64,000 bases of DNA from a virus. Its lineage: Duplodnaviria > Caudoviricetes. This document shows, one piece after another, positions 38,766 to 48,230 of the stretch; positions within the stretch are counted from its first letter, which is position 1, and every line of letters starts with the position of its first letter. Under the pieces are notes generated by a model. That model saw nothing but the letters and a program-made list of their open reading frames with translations, was not told the DNA's origin and ran no database searches. The translations under genes and the position numbers were made by a program. The stretch lies in IMG/VR virus record IMGVR_UViG_3300028888_000067, positions 64,638 through 128,637 of that record, one strand, 5' to 3'.

Positions 38766-41700
38766 TGAACATGTTCCTTGCAGTGCTGTATGTGTTGCCA
38801 TTTGTGTCATTCAAAGTAAGTGACACCTCCCAGCATCCTTTCTCTTTGAACAGTCTGTGATAATGCTTGTTCGTTGATGTGAATGTAGTACCAGTGTTGA
38901 GATTAGTAAGTTTCCATACAGGGTTTTTCTTTCCCCATATCCTGCAGTTTGTGTAGTTGAAGTTTATGTCCGTGTATGCCGGTATTCTCGTCACATTGTT
39001 GATGCACACGCAGTCATTCCAGTTCGGATTGCATTCGACTGAATTTGTGGAGAACCTCAACTGGTAATTGTCCGGATCTCTATGAATGTTTAGAATGTTG
39101 TCCTGGCCAACATTAGCAAGATACTGTGTAGAAACGACGCCAATGTATTTCATGTCTCCTGTCTTGCCGCTGTTTTTAGAGACGCCGATTATTCTGAACC
39201 CGTCGGGGATTTCTAGTTCGTATGGAGAAGCAGCATGACTTGAGTCATAGTCCCATATGTAAGAATAATGGAACTGGCTTATCACTGGATTAGTAGACTC
39301 ATTCAGCTGTCTGACTACTTCTGCCATGTAGTTGAGGTTTCCAGAATAAGAAACAGGAAATCTGAAAGCAGCATACTGGTTGTTGTCATTGACAAGTTCC
39401 AGCCATTTGCCGCCAAGTGAGTCACTGACACCAGCATCAACTGCTTCCGGAGAATCAATCGGGTTTCCACTTGTGTCAAAGCATCCGAGTTCAAAATAAC
39501 ACGGGATGTCACCAGTGATGCACATCGCGTTCCACCATAGATGATCCATGTCTTGCCAAGCTACATCAAGGTTGTTCCAGATATATGCCCCGCGGTTGTC
39601 TTCAAGAACACTCGGACCATCATTCGCAAAATTGTAGATGAGCATGCTTTCATCCAAATCAGTTGTCCCCTCGTATTCGCCAAGGAATGACGCACGATCC
39701 ATAGCAGTGTATGTTGCAGAACGCAAGTCATTCCAAGTCATGTTGTTCGTGAACGGGAAACTCCAAGTGCAGCTCAAAGAATCCCAAGGACGCTCAGTCG
39801 TCCAGTCAAGTGTCTTCGTTCTCATTCTGCACCAGCCAGTGAATTCTACTTCTTTTGGGCAGACTGTTATCGCAGCTTCTTTCTTTATGACACTCACATT
39901 GTTGTTCCAGTCATACAAGTTCATCGTCACGTCATAGTCGCCTACATATGGCAGGACGACGCCGACATCAGCATAGCCTGAAGACACAAGTCCGCATATC
40001 GTCACATCAAAACCAGGATTGATGTCCGCGTCTTTATGCAGCACCCATTCTACTCGAGATATATTTGAAGCATACATGTTGAGATAGTTCCAAGTGATGT
40101 CATGCACATAGTCCCAAGTGTATATGAAATCATTCCACACAACGTCATTCTCATCAACTTTAAGTTCTACAAGTGCTCCGACAGGAATGTTCTCGTTGTC
40201 GGGAAGACATGTGTTGCTGTCAGTCTCGAAATCATTGGCTTGCAGAGCAGTGTTCACCAGATTTGGATAATAGTCACTGAACTCAGCAAGATAATAATTC
40301 CCGTAGTTAGAATCATTTGCTAAAACATAATATATCCAAGGAGTGCTGTCATCTAATGTAGTGCCTGAAACGCCAAACAAGTTGTTGCCTGTCATTTCAT
40401 ATGGCGGCATCACATCAAGATTCTGCACGTCACCCAAGTCAGCTGACACTTGCACCTCTTGGTGATCTTGCGTTTCTGGCCAGTTCGCGTTGTAGTCGCC
40501 AATCACATTCTGTCCGAACTCGGTGACATCTTCAAGATTAGAGTCATACAACGACTGGTTGTTAGATGATGCTGGAATGAATGCTGGTGAACTTTGTCTC
40601 AATTCACCGACAATACCATTTCCAGCAGGCAAAGTGTTTGCATGAATGCCAAACGGACGCAAGTCTTCAATGTAGAAACATCCATTCGGAGAACCCAAGA
40701 CACTGAAGTTGTTCTTTGCTCCTGATGAATTGCAGAACAAAGTGTTCTGTGTCATAGTGTGTCTCACTGTTGATACATGAAATGAGTCAGCTTCGCCTAT
40801 GATGTCGATGATTCTTGTGTTGAGCGGCAAGAACTCTTTCTCAAGCTTTCGTTTGAGTCCATAAAGCTTTATGACAGCTTCTTCTATCGTGTAAGTGAAG
40901 TTCTCATAAGTCTCGGGATATTCATGCCCATAATAAGAGTTTGGCTCAGAACCACCAGTCAAAGTGTTTATCCTGTAAGCAAGTGAAAGCTTTCCGGTCT
41001 TTCTGAACTTTTTAGAAGGCAATGTGACTGTTGTCGAGTCGTGTATCACTTCATGATTAGACAGAGAATAATTCGTAGCTGAAAAATGCTTGCCATAGTT
41101 TTCAGATGTGACATCAACATTTTTCCACCATTCTCTTATAGACACATTGTCATAACCGAAAAAGCGTATCGCATTGATGAGTGATTTGTATGAGCCAATG
41201 TAAGAATAGATGTTGTGTCCTTCCATTATGATTTCTTTTCTCTTCTGGTTCATCAACTCATAGTCAACAAGCTGCTCTTTTATGTCAGAATCTTGGAATA
41301 TGCTGAAGTCTACATTGTTGATGTCATAGCCGAGATTCTGGCACATCGTTGTCAGACGCTCATCTTCTTCTACAGATTTTGCATACACGACAAATGTGCC
41401 AATATGGTACTCAACATTGTTTGCGTCAACATAATAAAGTTTCAAGTCTCTGCGGAATGTCATGTATTCGTCATTCCTGTTGCAGAAACAAATGTCCACT
41501 GCAGCTGCTTGAGATCTCCATTCTGCGTTTTTCTTGTAAACTATGTCATGCGCATCCTGGTCTACATGGTCAAACTCAACCGGATTAGATCTAAGGTTCT
41601 CAATCTTGACAGCATCCATGTAGTTTATGTCAGGGCAGTTGTAGTCACTATACCTCAACGATGATGTGTCTTCAGGCGGGCAAGCTCCAGAATCAAATCC

Positions 41701-42009
41701 GAACATCTGTATCTCGTCTACTTCTTTCGTCTCTTCTTCCCATCTGAACTCATAATAGTCCGTCGAGTTCGGAGCAAATGCAGTTGCTGGATATCCATAC
41801 ACATAGTCTATAGTGTTGCCCATGTCCAGATCTTGATGCTCCAATATGACATACTTCTGCATGACATATATTTTCTCAGTCTCGAACAAGCCAACTGACA
41901 CTGGATCTATGATTATAGACCCCGACCATTTTTCAGAACCAGGGTCATACTTGAAACCATAGTTTGTTCCAGTCTTGCTGAAAAATACTAGATCTTTTAC
42001 GTAATGCAT
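38755..42009 (-). CDS. Putative baseplate/virion structural protein (1084 aa)
   Basis: YIGSYKSLINAI.FFGY, KLYGLK..L...FLP; Trp-spaced repeats; C-terminal PKD-like G.W.VSL...D.NGN. Confidence 0.65.
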   Translation of the reverse strand: MHYVKDLVFFSKTGTNYGFKYDPGSEKWSGSIIIDPVSVGLFETEKIYVMQKYVILEHQDLDMGNTIDYVYGYPATAFAPNSTDYYEFRWEEETKEVDEIQMFGFDSGACPPEDTSSLRYSDYNCPDINYMDAVKIENLRSNPVEFDHVDQDAHDIVYKKNAEWRSQAAAVDICFCNRNDEYMTFRRDLKLYYVDANNVEYHIGTFVVYAKSVEEDERLTTMCQNLGYDINNVDFSIFQDSDIKEQLVDYELMNQKRKEIIMEGHNIYSYIGSYKSLINAIRFFGYDNVSIREWWKNVDVTSENYGKHFSATNYSLSNHEVIHDSTTVTLPSKKFRKTGKLSLAYRINTLTGGSEPNSYYGHEYPETYENFTYTIEEAVIKLYGLKRKLEKEFLPLNTRIIDIIGEADSFHVSTVRHTMTQNTLFCNSSGAKNNFSVLGSPNGCFYIEDLRPFGIHANTLPAGNGIVGELRQSSPAFIPASSNNQSLYDSNLEDVTEFGQNVIGDYNANWPETQDHQEVQVSADLGDVQNLDVMPPYEMTGNNLFGVSGTTLDDSTPWIYYVLANDSNYGNYYLAEFSDYYPNLVNTALQANDFETDSNTCLPDNENIPVGALVELKVDENDVVWNDFIYTWDYVHDITWNYLNMYASNISRVEWVLHKDADINPGFDVTICGLVSSGYADVGVVLPYVGDYDVTMNLYDWNNNVSVIKKEAAITVCPKEVEFTGWCRMRTKTLDWTTERPWDSLSCTWSFPFTNNMTWNDLRSATYTAMDRASFLGEYEGTTDLDESMLIYNFANDGPSVLEDNRGAYIWNNLDVAWQDMDHLWWNAMCITGDIPCYFELGCFDTSGNPIDSPEAVDAGVSDSLGGKWLELVNDNNQYAAFRFPVSYSGNLNYMAEVVRQLNESTNPVISQFHYSYIWDYDSSHAASPYELEIPDGFRIIGVSKNSGKTGDMKYIGVVSTQYLANVGQDNILNIHRDPDNYQLRFSTNSVECNPNWNDCVCINNVTRIPAYTDINFNYTNCRIWGKKNPVWKLTNLNTGTTFTSTNKHYHRLFKEKGCWEVSLTLNDTNGNTYSTARNMFIIE

Positions 42010-42020
42010 TTATAATTGTG

Positions 42021-43385
42021 TTATACTGTTCTGCCTTCTCTTCCATATACATGTTTCACTGTCGGGAATCTCATGCTCGGCTTTCCGCTTTGGTTCGTAG
42101 TCTCTTCAAAATACTTGACTGTTATCTGATGTCCGACAATGTCTTCAGGATGCTCAGCAAAGTGCAAGCGTTCTTCTTTGCTGAAGCCGCTGCCGACACT
42201 CACTCTATTTCCCTTGTAGTCTATAATCACATTCGTGAGAACATTCTTTTCTACTTGTCTGCCGTTCTCCACCATTCTCATCGGGCCAACTTCATAGTCA
42301 ATCACTTCAAACTCGTCATCAAGGAAGTCTTTCACTTTAAGCAAGTCATTTGTTCTCCTGCCTTCATATGGCACGTCTCTTCTTATCATCAGTCCCTCCC
42401 AGTTCTTTGCTCTTGCTTCATCTAAAAGCTGGTTGAAATGGTCGATGTCTTCCACCAATGTCTGTTTGAGTATTTTCGCATTGTTTGAAAGCAATGCCGC
42501 GTTCTTTGAGAAAAACTGTTTCATCCTTTCTATGCGTGCACTGAAGTTTGGAGATGTCGCACGGTCGAAGAACTCATCAAGAGTCAGCATGTCAAATATC
42601 TGGTAGAAAGGATCCGGAATAGTGAAGTCTTTTCTTCTGGCAAGTTTGATGATTCCCTGGAAATCTTCATCACCGTTTGCGTCAACTGTGCAGAGCTCGC
42701 CATCAAGAACGAAATTGTCTTCTTCACATTGCTCAATCAGATTCTGCAGAACACCAAGTGTCGTGAACTCTTTCTCTTGTCTTGAGAAAAACCTCACGAT
42801 TCCATTTTCTTTTATGCATATGCAACGCAGTCCGTCGCATTTTCTACTTGCGTACCAGTCTTGAGTCTCAAAATTAACTTTGTCTACTCTGTCAAAATAT
42901 TTGTTTGCCAACGCGACGCCAAAATTCTTCTTGATGCCACTTGATTCTCCTCCAAATATAGACATTATGATGCTTGAACTGACGCCGCATTTCAAGTTCT
43001 TGTCAAGGATGTCAAGAAACAGTTGCGCGACATCGACATCAATCTCGAGAAGAGCGTCACACATCAAAGTGCACGCAGAAAGCGCAGCATTTCCAGTGAG
43101 GTCTCTGTTCGCAAGCTTGTCATACAAAGCGAAGATCCCCTCATCTGTCGTGACTGGATCTTCATCACCGATGCGTTTGACTGCGAATGATTTCCCGACC
43201 TTGTTTGCAGACACGTGAAACTTTATATGGTTGTTCGTTATGAGGTTGAAAACCCGTGTGTTGAAGTCCGGATCACTGTTCTGCTTGTATTGCTCAAGTA
43301 TCTCTCTTTTTCTCGTCAATGACGAAGTGTTCACAAGCTGTTTTCTGACAGCAGCAAGTTTTTTGAAATTAGTCAAGTCATCCAT
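42021..43385 (-). CDS. lig: ATP-dependent DNA ligase
   Basis: KCDGLR (motif I), LDGE, FD, EGLM, LLKVK, VGSGFS, RFP. Confidence 0.95.
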   Translation of the reverse strand: MDDLTNFKKLAAVRKQLVNTSSLTRKREILEQYKQNSDPDFNTRVFNLITNNHIKFHVSANKVGKSFAVKRIGDEDPVTTDEGIFALYDKLANRDLTGNAALSACTLMCDALLEIDVDVAQLFLDILDKNLKCGVSSSIIMSIFGGESSGIKKNFGVALANKYFDRVDKVNFETQDWYASRKCDGLRCICIKENGIVRFFSRQEKEFTTLGVLQNLIEQCEEDNFVLDGELCTVDANGDEDFQGIIKLARRKDFTIPDPFYQIFDMLTLDEFFDRATSPNFSARIERMKQFFSKNAALLSNNAKILKQTLVEDIDHFNQLLDEARAKNWEGLMIRRDVPYEGRRTNDLLKVKDFLDDEFEVIDYEVGPMRMVENGRQVEKNVLTNVIIDYKGNRVSVGSGFSKEERLHFAEHPEDIVGHQITVKYFEETTNQSGKPSMRFPTVKHVYGREGRTV

Positions 43386-43389
43386 AAAT

Positions 43390-43423
43390 TATAAATAATT
43401 AGTTAGATATTAGTTTATTTATA
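43390..43423. promoter_or_regulatory. Pair of opposed late promoters (TATAAATA + at 43390, - at 43416-43423)
   Basis: Two exact motifs in the 43-bp divergent intergenic gap. Confidence 0.6.
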
Positions 43424-43428
43424 AAAAT

Positions 43429-45498
43429 ATGGCATTCACTCCGTTAATAAAACCGTTGAATCCCCAAGGCACTACATTCTACACATTCTCAAGTGCTGCG
43501 AGAGATTTGTCAAAATGCATGGCAAACACTCAGAAAGAAATCGTCTTTTCACATTTTGTCTGCATAAACATTCCAGATTTCATAAACACAAGTAACTACG
43601 AGCATGGTTCGACAACGCCAAACAACAGTGGTTTAGTGCCAATCAGCATAGACAGGAACTTGACACAACTCGGCGGCGTGCATCATCTGCTCGACAGAAG
43701 TGCTGGCTCAGTGAAACCGACTTCTCAGCTTCTTGCTGAATCGTTGCAAGACTATGTGTTCAACTATGAGGAACTGCTTATAAGCAACTCGACAGACAAC
43801 ACGACAGACCGTTCTGTCGCTGAGAGAGTTTTCTGGCACTGGCTTGCTCAGACAGGCGCAATCAACTGGACATTCGACCAAGCGAAGATTGCTCCTGCTT
43901 TGCAGAACGCACAAGAAGTGCGGTTTGTCGAGGGCTATGAAGCTGGAGGGTATGCTTATGAGAACGTAGTGAAATACATCGGGACGATTGACATAACGAA
44001 CAATGTCGACATCGCCAATGAAGCTTACACAGAAATATACGTGCATATCCCTTCGGAACATGGCTCCACGCCAGTCGTCTTGTTTGAGCAAGAGTTCGAT
44101 GACAACTTCAATGACGGCGCCACAAGCCAAGTGTTCAACAACCAAGACTACATCCTTGGGCAAGACGCAAGCACATACGACACGCATCCTGTTGATGAGA
44201 GAGCTTTGTATGATGTGCAAGATGACCACCAGTATGTGAATGCTTCTTCTTGTAGTTGGGGAAGCAGCCCGTCAACTAATGTGGACAACTACAGCCATGA
44301 ACAATCACCAAATGATGGTGTGAACATGTACAAGACTACAGTGGATGGCATCTGCATAGACTTCAACACGAACTCGTATGCTGACATCGTCCTCAACCAT
44401 ATTGCTAACATGGACGAGTTCAACAAGACGGGTGACAGTTTCGAGTTCAATGCAGTGCTGGTGTATTATGACATTGTTGATGTTTCTACTGGTACAAAGA
44501 CTAGTAATCTGTATGGCATACTGTTCCTTGATGACGTGAAGTCTGAGTCTTGGGACTATTTCCAGAGATACCCCAAATACAAGCCAGTCACCGGAATGCA
44601 GAACGGAAACTCTTACGGCTTCAAACTCAATTTGAGAATCGACATAGAGCCAGACAAAAACGGAATCACAAGTCTCGTCAATGAATACAACACTTTCTCG
44701 ATGAGCTTGTTCGCCGACGCAATCGCAAGAATGCAAGACAGTGTGGAGATGTTCACGAAGACAAGAGGCTCTTTAAGTTCCATAGAAGACCGGCTTTCAG
44801 CACTTGAACTGCTGATGGCTTCTATATCTGACTATGAACATCTTTCGCAGAGAGTGCAAGAGCTTTCTGATTCTCTTGAGAACGCGAACCTCGCTTTCGC
44901 AGACAGGAACTCACTGCTTGACCTGATTGCCAACTTGAGCGACCGCATCGACTCTATAATGAATGGCAGGGCAAATGTGTCTCTTCAATACAACACTGAT
45001 GTGATACGCTCGGGCTACAACACATATGTAGACAGCAGCACGCCAAACATGGTCACTATAAACTCATCGGACAATGGCTACAACATAATGAAGACGACTC
45101 TTAACAACGGTGGTGGAATCATAAATAAAGACCATCCAATGGTGCTGAATGACCAGACAAGAACAGACAATGATGTCTACACGATACTGAAGCCTGCTTC
45201 AAACATGTTGAGAATACATACTGATGACTCGATACCAGCAGTGTATGACATAAAGATTTACATTGACTCCACACTCAACAACTGGCGTGAAGGCCAGAAC
45301 ATAAGACTGGTGTTCCCGTCATTGAGTGTCAATACGCTTAACGGCAAAAACATAATGATATACACCGGAGAAACATATGATTTAGCTGACACTGTCCTTG
45401 CTTCAGAAATAACGCATGACAATCCTATCATAGAATTCACATGTCTTGACCCTGCATTCGGATCATCCGAAAACATCGTTCATGACGTGATAAGATAA
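43429..45498 (+). CDS. Putative virion structural protein (689 aa)
   Basis: TPLIKPL..QG.TFYTFSSA, ERVFW.WL, FEFNAVLVYYD, NLYGILFLD; coiled coil; late promoter upstream. Confidence 0.65.
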   Translation: MAFTPLIKPLNPQGTTFYTFSSAARDLSKCMANTQKEIVFSHFVCINIPDFINTSNYEHGSTTPNNSGLVPISIDRNLTQLGGVHHLLDRSAGSVKPTSQLLAESLQDYVFNYEELLISNSTDNTTDRSVAERVFWHWLAQTGAINWTFDQAKIAPALQNAQEVRFVEGYEAGGYAYENVVKYIGTIDITNNVDIANEAYTEIYVHIPSEHGSTPVVLFEQEFDDNFNDGATSQVFNNQDYILGQDASTYDTHPVDERALYDVQDDHQYVNASSCSWGSSPSTNVDNYSHEQSPNDGVNMYKTTVDGICIDFNTNSYADIVLNHIANMDEFNKTGDSFEFNAVLVYYDIVDVSTGTKTSNLYGILFLDDVKSESWDYFQRYPKYKPVTGMQNGNSYGFKLNLRIDIEPDKNGITSLVNEYNTFSMSLFADAIARMQDSVEMFTKTRGSLSSIEDRLSALELLMASISDYEHLSQRVQELSDSLENANLAFADRNSLLDLIANLSDRIDSIMNGRANVSLQYNTDVIRSGYNTYVDSSTPNMVTINSSDNGYNIMKTTLNNGGGIINKDHPMVLNDQTRTDNDVYTILKPASNMLRIHTDDSIPAVYDIKIYIDSTLNNWREGQNIRLVFPSLSVNTLNGKNIMIYTGETYDLADTVLASEITHDNPIIEFTCLDPAFGSSENIVHDVIR

Positions 45499-45526
45499 AC
45501 TGCCAGTCAGACTCCTCCTTTCCTTG

Positions 45527-45550
45527 AGCCCGTAGTGATACGGGCTTTTT
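45527..45550 (+). terminator. Rho-independent terminator
   Basis: AGCCCGTA-GTGA-TACGGGCT followed by TTTT. Confidence 0.8.
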
Positions 45551-45647
45551 ATGAAAATGTCTAGTCAATGAAATTAAGATGTTTGAAATATTTAATTTTT
45601 ACAAGACTAAAGGGATGATTCCGTAAAATTTTATAAAATTCGTTCAA

Positions 45648-45682
45648 GAAAACCGCTATGTCTTTAGCATAGCGGTAGTTCG
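45648..45682 (+). mobile_element. Possible IS200/IS605- or IS607-type end hairpin (orphan remnant)
   Basis: ACCGCTATG-TCTTTAG-CATAGCGGT-AGTTC resembles tnpB-element right ends; no transposase nearby. Confidence 0.4.
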
Positions 45683-45691
45683 CTAGCTTGT

Positions 45692-46204
45692 TTAATAGTC
45701 TGTGAACTTTGGCTGCTTGCTTTTGTCATAATTTATGGGGCATAAATCGAACATTGAAATGTGTTTCACATCTTGTTTGACTTTCCATCCAGATATGTCA
45801 CCAGCAAATTTAGAACCAAAAAACATATATCTCATATTATTGACATTAGAAACGTCCCACTTTGATATGTCGCCATTGAAATCAGCGCGCAGAAACATTC
45901 CTCCCATGTCAGTTACATGAGAGACATCCCATTTAGAAATATCACCATTGAATTCTAATCTAAGTTCAGATGAAACAAACAGTCTATGCATATCAGTTAT
46001 CTTTGATGTGTCTATGTTGTTCAAGTCACATTCGGGGCCTTCATTCTTTATGCGTTCGTCAATTATATGTATGAGTTCAAGTCTTGTTTGTGGAAAGTAT
46101 ACATATTTACCGTATTTTTTCTGCAAAATGTCAAATTCTGCATTAGTGACTGGCTTGACTTTCACTCGTTCAGAAATGAATTTGTCTGCACTTAAAACTT
46201 TCAT
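45692..46204 (-). CDS. Leader-family protein 6 with DUF285/BspA-like repeats
   Basis: MKVLSADKFISE-RVKVKPVTNAEF; FNGDISKWDVS.V.M..MF repeats. Confidence 0.85.
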   Translation of the reverse strand: MKVLSADKFISERVKVKPVTNAEFDILQKKYGKYVYFPQTRLELIHIIDERIKNEGPECDLNNIDTSKITDMHRLFVSSELRLEFNGDISKWDVSHVTDMGGMFLRADFNGDISKWDVSNVNNMRYMFFGSKFAGDISGWKVKQDVKHISMFDLCPINYDKSKQPKFTDY

Positions 46205-46225
46205 AATAAAAATAAACTATTTGAA

Positions 46226-46233
46226 TATTTATA
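46226..46233 (-). promoter_or_regulatory. T4-type late promoter TATAAATA
   Basis: 21 bp upstream of leader-family protein 6. Confidence 0.65.
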
Positions 46234-46461
46234 AATTTTCATCATAAATTTATTATGAAAAAGTTTTTTCATCGTATCTTATTGCCATGCAATTCATTAG
46301 ATGAAAAGTATGCAAAATCTGGATTATATGAAAATACAAGATGAATCTTTTTTCAGATTACTTAAGACTTAAAGAGCTCTAGAGCTCTAATCAAGTTAGA
46401 TGTCATCTAATCAATTTAGAATAAGCTTAAATAGATTATATGTCTAAGATATGAAAATGTC

Positions 46462-47679
46462 TTAGATGTCATTAGATGAAATGTTGTTTTTGTTTTTCTT
46501 TGGCTGCAGATTTCTATGTTTTGACATCGGGCAGTTTTTGAACATATGAGTCTTATGATACAGGCTGGTGATGTCCCATCCTGACAAGTCTTGCATGAAA
46601 CTTATAGCGCCATCAAACATCTCTTTCATGGTAATCACTTTTGACACATTCCAGTCTTTCAATGGCTGGTTGAATGATATGGCGTTTGTGAACATGTTCT
46701 CCATACTATACACTTTAGACATTTTTTCTCCCCATTTGCCAATTGGCTGGTCGAATGCTTTTGCACAATCAAACATATGAGCCATGCTTATCACATTTGA
46801 CACATCCCATTCGCTTATGTCTTGGTTGAATTTTTCTGCACAATTGAACATGTAACTCATATAGCAGACTTTAGAAACTTTCTGTTTCCATTCGCCAATT
46901 GGCTGGTTGAATGATGCTGCGTTGTAGAACATGTAACTCATGTCAACGACAGATGAAACATTCCAGTCTTTTATGTCTTTGTCAAATGATTCTGCATTGA
47001 AGAACATAGCATTCATGTCAGTGACTTTTGAGACATCCCAATCACCTATCGGATGGTTGAACATCTTAGCACTGCGGAACATGCTATACATTGTTCTAAC
47101 ATTAGACACTTTCTGTTTCCATTCGCCAACTGGCTGGTCGAATGTGACTGCTCCGCGAAACATTTCTCCCATATTGTTGACATTAGAGACATCCCATTCA
47201 CTTATGTCTTGGTTGAACGCACGTGCGCATTTGAACATCGCTTCCATGTTTTTTACTGCGCTGACTGTCCAGTTTCCTATTGGCTGGTTGAATGATTCTG
47301 TGTTTTCAAACATGTGCCGCATAGTATATACTTTTGAAACGTCCCAGCCACCAATCGGGCGGTTGAATTTTTTTGCATTTTTGAACATATGTTCCATGTT
47401 TGTGACATTTGAGACATCCCATTGAGATATGTTTCCATTGAACTTTGATAGTTTATTAATAGAAAATAGATAAGACATGTCAACTATGTTTCCAGTGTAT
47501 ATGTCATTCAAGTCGCATTCGTCTCCGTCTTTCTCTACATGTTCTATTATAAGTCTTTGCAGTTCGTCTTTTGTGTTTGGAAAATATCTGTATTTTTTGA
47601 ATTTATCCAATTCTGCATTAGTGACTGGCTTGACTTTCACTCGTTCGGACACGAATTGGTCTGTGTTTAGTATCTTCAT
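46462..47679 (-). CDS. Leader-family protein 7 with about 12 DUF285/BspA-like 25-aa repeats
   Basis: MKILNTDQFVSE-RVKVKPVTNAEL; FNQ.I..WDVS.V..M..MF repeats. Confidence 0.88.
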   Translation of the reverse strand: MKILNTDQFVSERVKVKPVTNAELDKFKKYRYFPNTKDELQRLIIEHVEKDGDECDLNDIYTGNIVDMSYLFSINKLSKFNGNISQWDVSNVTNMEHMFKNAKKFNRPIGGWDVSKVYTMRHMFENTESFNQPIGNWTVSAVKNMEAMFKCARAFNQDISEWDVSNVNNMGEMFRGAVTFDQPVGEWKQKVSNVRTMYSMFRSAKMFNHPIGDWDVSKVTDMNAMFFNAESFDKDIKDWNVSSVVDMSYMFYNAASFNQPIGEWKQKVSKVCYMSYMFNCAEKFNQDISEWDVSNVISMAHMFDCAKAFDQPIGKWGEKMSKVYSMENMFTNAISFNQPLKDWNVSKVITMKEMFDGAISFMQDLSGWDITSLYHKTHMFKNCPMSKHRNLQPKKNKNNISSNDI

Positions 47680-47693
47680 GCTTTTGTTTTTAT

Positions 47694-47701
47694 TATTTAT
47701 A
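47694..47701 (-). promoter_or_regulatory. T4-type late promoter TATAAATA
   Basis: 14 bp upstream of leader-family protein 7. Confidence 0.65.
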
Positions 47702-47715
47702 AAATTTTCTGAGTT

Positions 47716-47730
47716 TTTTGTTATATTAAA
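47716..47730 (+). promoter_or_regulatory. TTTTGTTATATTAAA promoter-like motif
   Basis: Copy of the repeated motif. Confidence 0.65.
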
Positions 47731-47751
47731 TTGAAACTAAAAATTATAGCA

Positions 47752-48009
47752 ATGAAAGGAGACTGGCTTGAAGATGGCATGACAAGACAAGAGATCCAGA
47801 AGTTCTTGATTGAGGACTTCAAGAAGGAGATTGAAGAGAAAGGAGAGAATGCAGTGTTCTGTGCTGCGCCACAGCCCGGGAAGAACATATGGACATTGAA
47901 GGAAGCTCTTGAAAGCATTGAAGCTGACATCGAGATGGAGAACAGCGGGATGAACATAATCACCTCTGTCATTGAATGGCAGCAATATCGTAAAGAACAT
48001 GACCTATGA
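47752..48009 (+). CDS. Hypothetical protein
   Basis: ATG at 47752. Confidence 0.65.
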   Translation: MKGDWLEDGMTRQEIQKFLIEDFKKEIEEKGENAVFCAAPQPGKNIWTLKEALESIEADIEMENSGMNIITSVIEWQQYRKEHDL

Positions 48010-48230
48010 AATATGTCGAAGCAATTTTAGTGATAGCATTGTTTGTCGCAATGTCATTCCCGTTTATGATAATATTGTCGATACTGTTTCTTGTTTTTGA
48101 AGCAGCAAAAGTTTTTGTTTATTATTTTTTCGTGAGTGACCGCGTGTGGAAATATGGGATTGTGAAAGAAATATGGGATGACTGGATTGAAACAATTGTA
48201 AAAACTTATAATAGAATAGTTTATTTATGA
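48006..48230 (+). CDS. Small membrane protein
   Basis: Hydrophobic N-half; ATGA overlaps. Confidence 0.6.
   Translation: MKYVEAILVIALFVAMSFPFMIILSILFLVFEAAKVFVYYFFVSDRVWKYGIVKEIWDDWIETIVKTYNRIVYL

Noticed and set aside
46560-47440. Periodic ~75-bp repeats as a CRISPR array
   Set aside because: They are degenerate in-frame DUF285 protein repeats with no constant repeat and unique spacer structure.
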